From assembly GCA_013239625.1 (NCBI GenBank), contig MU054187.1:5467757-5531756 (forward strand): a stretch of DNA of 64,000 nucleotides, in the 5' to 3' direction. This document shows, piece by piece, positions 40,100 through 50,500 of the stretch; position 1 is the first letter of the stretch, and every line of letters starts with the position of its first letter. A model generated the notes under the pieces. The model was not told the origin of the DNA. It did no database searches and saw only the letters and a program-made list of their open reading frames with translations. This DNA is from Lama guanicoe (lineage: Eukaryota). The position numbers were made by a program, and so were the translations under genes.

Positions 40100-40420
40100 C
40101 AGGCTTACCAGTTATATACAAATAGTCACACAGAGGATGTAGCCTAACAGGGTCTGTGACTGAGAGAATCACTAGTTACAAGAAGGGTCCCTTCGCTTGA
40201 TTGGCACAGACAATGTACTGACTGAGCAAAGAGTGTTGGAGCTGAGACAGAAGGATCAATAAACTCTAACTGGGCAAAGGGACAGTCTGTCCTAGGCATA
40301 GGCACAGCACGGCATGGATGCTGGGCACACATGGAACATTCTAGAAACTCAAAGAAGTTCAGTATAAATAGAATATCGCATGTAAGTAGAAGGAGGTTGA
40401 AGGGATGGGGATCATGGGGA
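40100..40420 (-). mobile_element. L2 fragment
   Basis: ggagctgagacagaaggat, ctaggcataggcacagcac and ttctagaaactcaaagaagttcagt. Confidence 0.6.
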
Positions 40421-40465
40421 GGAATCCCGCAGCAGCAGGAAGAAGGCTGCAGAGATAAACTCGTT

Positions 40466-40990
40466 TCTGCAGACACCACTTGTTGCTCACTCACACTCTT
40501 CCTCCTTGCTCAGGAACCCCATGTTTATTCAGGCCTGACCATGCTTAGTCCTCGAGGGTGAACCATGACTGCTGTGAGCCAATCGCAGCCATCTTAGGCA
40601 GATGATGGCTTTAAGAGCAGGCAAATAGCAAGTCTGGTCAACCAGCCACAGGAGACCATCAGGCCAGCTGAAGACCTAGGAGCAGGTTTTCTCCCAGACA
40701 CAGAGAAGTTCATGAGGTGAACAGAGAGTGTGCCCTCTCTCGTGCTGTCCTTCCTGCTTTTGAATCTGATTCTTCACTGTTTGATGTCAGGAACCAGAGC
40801 AGATGCAATGTGAACACAGGGCTGCAACTGTCCGCATAGAAAACAGGATGCTGATGATGTAAAAAGGTAGATAGCGCTCGGGTTCTTGGTTAAGGCAGAA
40901 ACCCAAACTGAAGCTGTTTACCATGAGATATTCTAATAAATGATAAATATCTTGATGGGGTACATCATTATTAGTTAAGAATTCAGTGTA
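40466..40990 (+). mobile_element. MLT1K/J-like old MaLR LTR
   Basis: tgcagacaccact...ttcctccttgct...aaccatgact...agccaatc...tctggtcaa...aataaa. Confidence 0.6.
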
Positions 40991-41039
40991 ACGGAATTCT
41001 TCCCAACATGGCAAGACATTCAGGATTTTGCAAAGGGAG

Positions 41040-41480
41040 CATACAGCACTGAGGTCAAGTGTGGGAAGATGTTTTGCAAACAAATGGTAAGGGCCACATT
41101 AAAGAGAAAGCATGATATGGACAAAGGAGCAGATTGAAACAAATTCATAATAATTGGAACTTAAAATGTGTTTTAAGAAATGAGGTTGAGATACAGGTAC
41201 AAACTAAATCACAGAGGGCCATATCATCCAAGTAATGACATTTGGATTTTATCCTAAAGGAAAAGAAGTTATTGATGGTATTAAGAAAGTTAGGTGGTCA
41301 GATTTGCAATTTTAGAATTTATCCTGGACAAACAGAGCATAAATGAGGTTGCTAGCAGAAGGGTTGGAGAGAAAGCTCCAGAACAGGAAATGGCACCCAA
41401 GGAAATTTTTGTAGTTGATTGGATTCCTATGTTGAGAAAGAGGGAGGCGCACACAATGATGCCAAACATCTGTCATGGCA
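41040..41480 (-). mobile_element. L2 fragment
   Basis: gacatttggattttatcctaaagg and ggtcagatttgcaattttaga. Confidence 0.6.
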
Positions 41481-41892
41481 ACGAGGAGGAGTCACAAGAA
41501 ACCTGCAAGGAGTGAAGACATTGATAATGGAGCTCTCTTTTGAAAAGTACTGTCTTGAATATTAGTGGTTATCTAAATTTGAATTCTCTCATGATAGAGT
41601 CACAAATCAAATAGATGCATAAAATATCTTTACATGATTATGATCAACCAGACAACTTTAACTCATTTGAAGAAAACAAACTCCTAACTGCATTTCTTTT
41701 CCAATGACCACTTTCTTTCTTTCCAGTGTAAGATCAACCTTTGTCATTGGAGTCTAGTGTACACTGGGGGGTTTAGACCTCCACAGAGACTAACGTGTGC
41801 ATCAAGGATGTACTTACCAGTCATGGTATTTAGAGTTTTAGTACAAGATTGATAATCTGATGTTAACATTAAGACCCTATACCTTAGCTTAG

Positions 41893-42339
41893 TGTATTCA
41901 TCGGGGTCCCAAGAAGAAGAAAATTGTACCTTCAACCTAGGATGATTCAAGAAGAGTCCACTGATTAAGGGACTATTTACAAAATGTTGTTGGAGCACAG
42001 AGGAACTGAAAAGGACACTACAGTCACTGAAAAGGCTACTACAAAGTTATTGCCACCCACACGCCCAAAGGGACAAGAACTTGCAAGAAGAGAGACATGC
42101 ATAAGACTGCCTTGAGAGCAGCAGTCCCTCCAGTCTAAGAGCACACCCAGCAGAAGCAATAGCACAGACAGCCAAGCATACTGACCTCCTCCTTCCTGGG
42201 CCCCTAATTAGCTGAACTCAACTACGGGACCTTGGATAAGGCACCTCTTTGATAATCATGCAGTCAGCCTGCACCCATGTAGGAGTGAGAAGAGAAAAAA
42301 AAGTTAATCCAAAGGGATAAATAGCATATATCTGGCATG
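41893..42339 (-). mobile_element. LTR33 (ERVL) near-complete solo LTR
   Basis: tgtattcatcggggtccca...aagggactatttacaaa...gccacc...aaagggacaag...tatatctggca is the reverse of LTR33 as recalled. Confidence 0.75.
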
Positions 42340-43931
42340 AATATAAGTGGAAATATTATTGGAATCCATTACATACTTCAAAATGAAATTCATATGTGAA
42401 TTTTACAGCTAGGTTTTCAAACCCTAAGAAGAGAAATGGCTAGAATAGAGACAGAAAAAGTTTAGTTCAAAAGATCTGCATTCATAAAATAAATGCTCAC
42501 CAAATCCTAATTAAGTATTTTTAATTAGTCTTTCCTGCTAAAGATATTAGCCCATATTTGTTTTTAGCTTTAACATCTTTGTGGGAGGGAGAAGGAAGCT
42601 ATAAAAGATTAATTATGAATAAAAGTGAGCAAAATTGCAATATTAAACTACAGCACTACTTAGCCATTACTTAAAATGATAATTATGTTTTTAGTGACTT
42701 ATACTTTCACAGTACAAGTGTATGATAATTTCTAATAATGAAAGGGAATTACGGCAATAAGAGATTTCTTAATTTGACTTGGGTTTTGGAGAGCATTTTA
42801 TACGTTATAGATACGTTGGCTTCAGTACCCGATCTGTTTACTCTAGGACTCGAGCCCCACTGGGTTGCCTGGAGAACTTATCTTGTGGGCCAGCTGGGGC
42901 TCTATTTGTACAGATATTGATATATTGCCTGAATAAGAGTGTGTTCTAGAGAAAAATAGAGCCAGAGAAATCAAGTTCAGTCCAAGGAGGAAAAGTCAGA
43001 AATTCTGAAATACGGCGTAATGTCTCTTCTATGTTGTTCTCTGATGGAGTTTGCAGGGATTTGTGCCCGAGCAATAGAGCAGGGGAATTTAATGAACAGT
43101 CAAGAAAAAAACTGAAAATCAATCATTTTTACCACAATCCTCAAGAACAAGGAGACAAGGCTTCCTATCGCAGTGATCAGAAGTGCCAGTTTTAATGCAA
43201 ATGACAGGATTCTTGAGGGGACATTGCTGTAAATCTGTAGCAACTGGAATACCCTAATCAATTAACAATATTTAACACCCCAGATTGGCACAGACATAAG
43301 AATCCTCATCATCCAGCACCTATAGTCTTGAAGAAAATGTTGACTGGCCACTGTAGGCGCCATTGTGGTGTCCTTGGTGGGTCTTGGCAATACAGAAACT
43401 TCTTTGACCCTCAGCAGTGGCAGAAGACCTTTTCAGAATAAGTTGGAATAGGAGACAATATGCATGTAGGAAATCATATTAGAATTTGAATAGAATAAGT
43501 GGAAGCAAGGCCAGAGAAACAGATAACTTGTTCTACTAAAAATCTATACAGATGGAAAGGAAACAAAAGATTAAAGTCACACAGTTGAATAAGAGATTTA
43601 AGAACTGAGGATTCACAGCACAACATAGATTAACCAATTAACCTCTTTGTTATCCCTTAGAAATTTTATACATTGATCACCTTAGTTTTTAAATAAACTC
43701 CTGGATGGTTTTGCAATATGCCATTCAATATTACAGTTCACTCTCCCCCTTAACTTTCTAGTTATGTTCTGTGCTCCTCTTCAAGTTAGGGACTGTAACC
43801 TGAGGGTTACACACACAGCATAACTTTACTGTGACTCTGTAATAATCTCTTGATTATTTATACAAAAAAAATCAGCAACACCACTAGTAACAAAACAAAA
43901 CACATATTGGGATTCATCATTAATGTTTAAT

Positions 43932-43980
43932 TTTTCATTCAGTCACTTAAAACATTTATTAAGGGCTTACTATGTGAAAG
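43932..43980 (-). mobile_element. L2 extreme 3' tail
   Basis: ttcattcagtca...catttattaagggcttactatgtg. Confidence 0.55.
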
Positions 43981-44919
43981 AAATATGGTAGAGTTTTTTT
44001 CCATCTGATTGATATTTAAATTTATTTATGTGTTTAGTGACTGATGAGCGAAAGAAAAATAGGAGGAAAGAGAAGAAGAAGGAAGCCCAGCATTTGCTAC
44101 GTGGAGATTTTGAACATTTGCTGTGAATAAAATAATTTAATATATTTATTGATTTGACTTTTTAAAGTATCTCAAATCATGCTTAAACTTTTTCATTGAT
44201 TTTGGTTTTGAGGGTTTTTTAAGAAAAATTGATGCCTAAAGTAGATAATGACTGAGAATATATATTTGAAATGTTGTATGTAAAAAATACACTAGCTCCC
44301 TTCAGCAACACAGGGTGTTAGTTTACCTACCTCTTATGACATTACAGGTCATTTAATGCATTTTCATTATAAAATAAATATCACCTCTAGGGAGAACAAT
44401 GTAAACTTAAGCTACTAATATTTTTCCTGTGGTCATATTTCTACCAAGTCATTTTTCTTGTATAAGTCCCGTGCTTTCCATTTTAGAAACATAACATAGA
44501 GTGATGAGAAAAATAATCACAGCCATATGATTTTATTTCTATATGCCAAGTTTATACTCAGATTCTAACGGTAAAACCAATTTGTTAGAACAATTCCAAA
44601 AGAGACAATATTTAGCTTAAGCCATACATGCAAAAAGTGAGTATTTATAGTTGTAATATTTTATTCACCCTTAAATGCATTTTTCCCTCCAAATATTTTC
44701 AGTAATAGACAGAGATGGAAGGGATTTACGTAATGGGATAAGATGACATTATAAACAAGTGCACGTTCATGGTCTTGGTTATGGATGTCAGGTTTGCCCT
44801 GCCAGTCTCCACAATTAGGTTAGCCAACTCCCTGCAATTAAGAGATATGAAGAAATAGACTTTCTCAGACACACAAAAGAGGAGATAAAAATGGAATCAT
44901 ATAAGATTCTGGAAGCTAC

Positions 44920-45084
44920 AACAATTTGAAAAACAAAATAAATAAAGCGATATTGAATTACAACCCAAAGTACAAAATATGTGTCTGAGACTTTGGTGAT
45001 AAAAATAAATGATTGGATAAATAAATAAACAAGTGGGGGGTAAAAGACAAATTTTACAAGCAGAAAAATTCCAAGTAAATTTTC
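44920..45084 (+). mobile_element. L1MC/MD-like 3' UTR fragment
   Basis: aataaataaagcgatattgaattacaacccaaagtacaaaat...gcagaaaaattccaa. Confidence 0.65.
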
Positions 45085-46345
45085 TTTCACTTTTATTGAG
45101 ATGTAAGTGACATATCACTGCATGAGTTTCAGGTATACAGCATAAATACACAGTGTGTGTATGTATGTGTATATATATGTGTGTATATATGTATATATTT
45201 ATATAGAAATTATTGAAAACATTTCTCCTTGTAATGAGAATTTTTAGGATTTATTCTAAACAACCATAATATATATTTTACAGCAATGGTAACCATAGTC
45301 ATCATGTTGTATATTGTATCTCTAGTACTTATTTATCTTATCACTAGAAAATTGTACCTTCGTACAATTCACCCACCCCATACCCCACCTCTGGTAATCA
45401 CAAATCTGATCTTTTTCTATGAGTTTTTTTTTTTTTTTCAAGATTCCACATATAAGTAAGATCATACAGTATTTGTCTTTATCTGCTTGGCAATTCATTT
45501 GGCAAAATGTCCTCAATGTCTGTCTATGTTGCCACAAATGGCAGAATTTTCCTCATTTGTTTAATGGCTAAATAATATTCCATTGTGTGTGTGTATATGT
45601 GTGTGTATATATATATATCTCTCTACAAATTTTTATCCATTCATCTGTGAATGGACTTTTAATCCATTTCCATGTCTTAGAATTTCAAATAATGCTGCTG
45701 TGAATATGGGAGATGCAGATGTCTTTCTGAGTTAGTGTTATCATTTCCTTTGGCTATACACCGAGAAGTGGCATTGCTGGATCATGTGATAGTTCTATTC
45801 TTAATATCTTGACAGGCTTCCATACTGTTTTCCAGAGTGACTGTACCAATGTGAAATCCCACCAACAGTGCACAAGGATTCCCTTTTCTCTGCATCCTCT
45901 CCTGCATTTGTCATCTCTTGGCATTTATAATGATGGCCATTCTTACAGGCATGAGGTGAGATTTCATTGTGGTTTTGATTTGCATGTCCCTAGTGACCGG
46001 TGGTGCTGAGCATCTTTTCATGCGTCTGTTGATCATTCACAGATCTTCTTTGTAAAAGTGTCTATTCAAGTCTTTTGCTCATTTTTAACTTGGGTTATTT
46101 AATTGGCTATTGGTTTGTGTGAGTTCTTTATGTGTTTTGGATATTAGCTTTGTATGAGATATATGGCTTTTTTTTCCTAATCTGTAGGTTGTCTTTTCGC
46201 TTTTTTGATGGTTTCCTTTGCTGTGCAGAAGGTTTTTAGTTTTATGTAGTCTCGCTTATTTTTGCTTTAATTGCTTTTGGTTTAGGTGTCATATTCAAAA
46301 ATTTATTACCAAGACCCATGTCAAGGAGCTTTTTTTCCTTATATT
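45085..46345 (-). mobile_element. L1MA9-like L1 3' end with internal (TA/TG)n tracts
   Basis: ttgtaatgagaattttt, gattccacatataagtaagatcatacagtatttgtc, tttgctgtgcagaag and ccaagacccatgtcaaggagct. Confidence 0.92.
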
Positions 46346-46394
46346 TTCCTTTTTTCCCTGTATTTTCCTTTTTTCCAAGGAGTATGGATACACA

Positions 46395-46580
46395 GAATAA
46401 AAAGTTTAAAGTTTATAACAGAGTTAGAAAATATAAGGAACAAACAAACCAAGATGAAGAATACAATTAACTGAAATGAAAAATACACTGGACAGAAACA
46501 ATAGCAGACTAAATGATTCAGAAGAATGGATCAATGAGCTGGAAGACAGAGTAGTGGAAAAAGCAAAAAGAATGAAAATA
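46395..46580 (+). mobile_element. L1 ORF1 coiled-coil fragment
   Basis: gatgaagaatacaattaactgaaatgaaaaatacactgga...aatagcagactaaatga...gagctggaagacagagtagtggaaa. Confidence 0.8.
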
Positions 46581-47412
46581 ATTTTATGTAAGCAATATAG
46601 GCATATTATTCAGAGATACAAAAATAATTGTCAAAACTGTGTATTCATATAAATGTGTAGAACTAAAAAGAAAAATAAATTTACACTCAAAGTATTGTAA
46701 CAGACATTTATTGAATCTCTACTTTGTGACAGTTTCTGTGTAAATGCTCGAATGCATAACTGATTTAATTTAAAAGCTGAAAGGTTTTTAGCACTTCATG
46801 TATAATAAAAATAACAAGATTATTTATCTAGAGTGCAGCAGATCACTTTTCTTGTCTTGGAGAGAAGAAAAACTTGTATCTATAACTCATAAAGATATTT
46901 GAAAAATGGAGGGAGTTCCATTTCCAAGTCTTCCAGTGCAATTTTAATCTGTGTTTCTACAATTACAAGTGTGATTTTCTTTGGCCTCTTTGAAAGCAGA
47001 TGGGAGCAAGAATCCAGGTGGGCATGTTAACTGTGATACATTTGAGGAAATTGATTTTTATTCTTTTCTGTAGAAATGAGAATCAAATCAGTGCTTTTGT
47101 ATGAATTGCTCCTGATTTCCCCAAATAAAATAATTCACTGTACCGAAAGGTTCTGTTGAATGCCAAGTCTCTGAAAAGATTACATTGAGTAAAATGTCAT
47201 TTCCGTTGAACAGCCAAGGAATAAAACTCAATGTACATCTGTGGTCAGCAGGAAATGGTGTGCCATCTTCCCCTTTTCTGGACGTCTTAATTAAGAAAGA
47301 GTATTGTTTATAACTCCCAGGTCCTTCATGACTGTGATTAGTGACATGAGCTTCATTCTGACCAGCTGGACTCTCATGAAGAAACACTTTTTTATCAAGA
47401 GGAATTTAATTA

Positions 47413-47562
47413 GGAGAGGGTACTGCTCAGTGGTAGAGTGCATGCCTAGCATGCACAAGGTCCTATGTTCAGCCCCCAGTACCACCATCACAAAGTAAAT
47501 TACCTAATTACCTCCCCCCAAGAAAATTTTTAAAACTAAACAAAATTTTTGAAAAATTAAAA
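47413..47562 (+). mobile_element. tRNA-derived SINE, camelid Vic-1 type, with 16-bp TSD
   Basis: A-box gctcagtggtagag, body tgcatgcctagcatgcacaaggtcc, B-box-like gttcagccc, taattacctccccc and A-rich tail; TSD aagaggaatttaatta / aagagaaatttgatca. Confidence 0.88.
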
Positions 47563-50500
47563 AAGAGAAATTTGATCAATTCTTAATCCATAGCTAGCCA
47601 CAATGTTTAGTTCTAACTCTGAGGAAGTCCTGATACAGTGAAACTGAAAATCGCAAACTCATTATGAAATTTTCTCCCTCGTTTCCTTCTTTTTACAACT
47701 CCACTTCTACCTTATTTCTTCCCTTTCCCAACCTGCAATGCCTGTTTTGTCTACCACCAATCACACTTGCTGACTTCTGAAGCATTGGTGACTTTCACTA
47801 GTTTTTGAATGATGCAGACCTGCCAGCTCTTAGATTACATTTACACCTTGAATTATTTTCTATGTAACTACATTCCTGAGAGACTTGTTTCTTTTCAGAA
47901 GAAATATTTTTTTACTTTGTGGAAATATGAATTAAAGTTCATTTCTATTAAAAATAATTTGTTTTCTAAGTAATTTAATATGTCCATTATTTGGTAATAA
48001 AAAACTGTTCTAGAAAAAGTTAATAATAATTTTCCCTGAAGCCCTATCATCATCTATTTCCAGTAATTTTTCAGAATAATAAATGGAAAAGGTCTGGGCA
48101 CAAGTGATGTTTGACTAAAGTAAAGTAAACTTTCATCGAATGAACAAAAACTCAGCAGATTTTTTTCAATAACTTACACTAAGTTCAGAATATAACTGAA
48201 ATTTGATTTCAGGAAGGAAATTTCAGAACATTAAATTACCTCCCAATGACTAAAACAAGATTATAAACTCTCTTTACTGAAATTGTACTGCTTTCTGTAA
48301 TATAATTTTGACATACTTATGACCCATTAAAAATCTAAGCTATAACAAAAATTGTATATATTTATATTTTATTATTCATTTATTTTGAAAACTTACCTAG
48401 ACTTCTATTTCACATATAATTTGGAAAACTCCCTCCCCAGGCATTTTCCAAAAACGAGGGTTTCACTCACTAAAAACAGAAAAACAAATCAAGTTCTGGT
48501 TTAAAAAAAATTAAAATCTCATTGTATGCTTCTGTTTTCTCACCTAAGTGTAAAGGCTTCATGAGAAGGCTTCTGCACCTGTATTTGTAAGTTAGTATTT
48601 CTCTCCAAATGAAACATTATTCATTATTACTTAAAAGTCGTCTTAGTTCCTTTATGCCACCTGGGCCTCCACACGTGACTGAAACTGTGGAAGTATTTCA
48701 GAAATAGGAAATATAGATGTTGTCTTTGACTTCAAGGGTTTATTAGAGAAGACTGTAAAATTACATCTGATTTAGTACCAAGAGAAGTGCTTTGGTTAAT
48801 TTTTCCTGTAATGTAGTTTCCTGAAACTCTTCTGTAAGAATCAGATAAGTTTCCACATGCTGTCAATTTACACTCGTAGGTATGAAACAAATTTCATGAT
48901 ATTAGGTACAGATTTAGAAGACAGGAAATAGAGCTTCTTTCTCCTCACTTTTCCTTCTTCTTCATTCACTGTCTGTTAACCATGTATTTGCACCGTTCCT
49001 TGCTCCCGAGAGAAGCCTTCTCCTTTATACTGGGCAAAACCACAAACAGCAGCCCCCTTTTGGGTTAAATTATTCTGATACAGCCTCAATGTTTACTTTA
49101 AATTATTTGTTTTCAAATGCAACTTCTACATATACAAACAAAAACTTTTATAAAATTAACTGGTGCCTGTATATGTTACATATTTTAATTAAAAAGTTAA
49201 TACAAGCAAGCCTACAACATCAATAATGCTCCGAAGTAAAAACATCAGAGTGGTGGACGGTGTTTTCCCGATGAATGTCCATCAGCTATTTTAGGTTTAA
49301 TAATAGAGTTTAATCTTATGTGTCTGATTTTTTGTTTTCTGTCATCTTGGTTCCTTTGCATCTTAACCCAGTGGACAATCCTATACATCACCATCATTAT
49401 TGTTGTTGTTTTAAAGATGAAGCAGTTTTTAACCAGTGGTCAGCTACTGCATGGGCTGATAAATTTAATACTGAATCTGAAGTACAATAGTGAAAATTTT
49501 TTAAAGAATCAGTGATCGGACAATGGTTCATTGTATTTTTACCACTATTCTCATATTTAACTGGTGCCTACAAAAAGAGTATCTATTCAAGTAATCTACT
49601 TAACATGTGAGCACAGGCTTTACTTGAAGCATATTATTTCCTGTTTGGCATTCTGTGTGTCATGTGATGGTTGAGTCCTCCCACTTTCTCTGCTCAAGTC
49701 ATTGAAAAAACTTTTGACTTTACAGAACACCGTGACATCCTATCGCCTTCCTTTGGCACAAGCAAGAAGGTGGCAAGAATGCAAGCAGAGACACTGAAGT
49801 CATGTATCACTGTTCTATTATAAAGCCATTTTCAAATAGTTCAGAATATACGTGTAATTGTTGTAGAATAGTATTAAAATAAAAACACAAAATATTAAAA
49901 ATCCCATAGAAAGCACGTTACACAGAATATACGCCTTAGGGACACTGGGAGCCTAAAGTCTATATAGTTTTGGAAATTCTAATTGTTTCCCAACATCTCC
50001 TTGTAGGAAAACGAGCATGTACAGAAAGCAGAAATTCTGTTGAGACTAGACCTGGGCAAGTAGCTACTTCAGGAAAGATGGAAGTATTATAAATGGACCA
50101 GAGTAAGTTAAAGCAGTCAGAAGTCAAAAGGCAGGAGGCAGCCAGGCATTTTCCCAGTTGAGCTGATGCCGGGTTGTCCCACGCATATCAGCAACTAATC
50201 CTCATTTCACATTGTTACATTAAAATTATTTAATCACAACATTTCAATAAGGTGTAAGTGTAGATAAATTCCTTGTTGGAGAGCCAAACTGTTGCCAGAA
50301 TTATGCCTTTTTATGTGCCTGGGGAAGGATGTGATGGGCAGAGAAAAATACGCATCTCCCCTTTTTTCACTTGTTTGCTTTATACAACTAGGAAGTGAGA
50401 AAAAATGAAGCAAACATTGAAACGAAGCAAGTGCAACTTGGTGACTCTGTTATGGGCGTCTAGGACCTGACAAATGACCGTAATGCTTACTTACCTACCA

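Noticed and set aside
47413..47485. tRNA-like sequence (also 59710-59781)
   Set aside because: It has a SINE body, A-rich tail and TSD, with no intact cloverleaf; it is a SINE head, not a tRNA gene.
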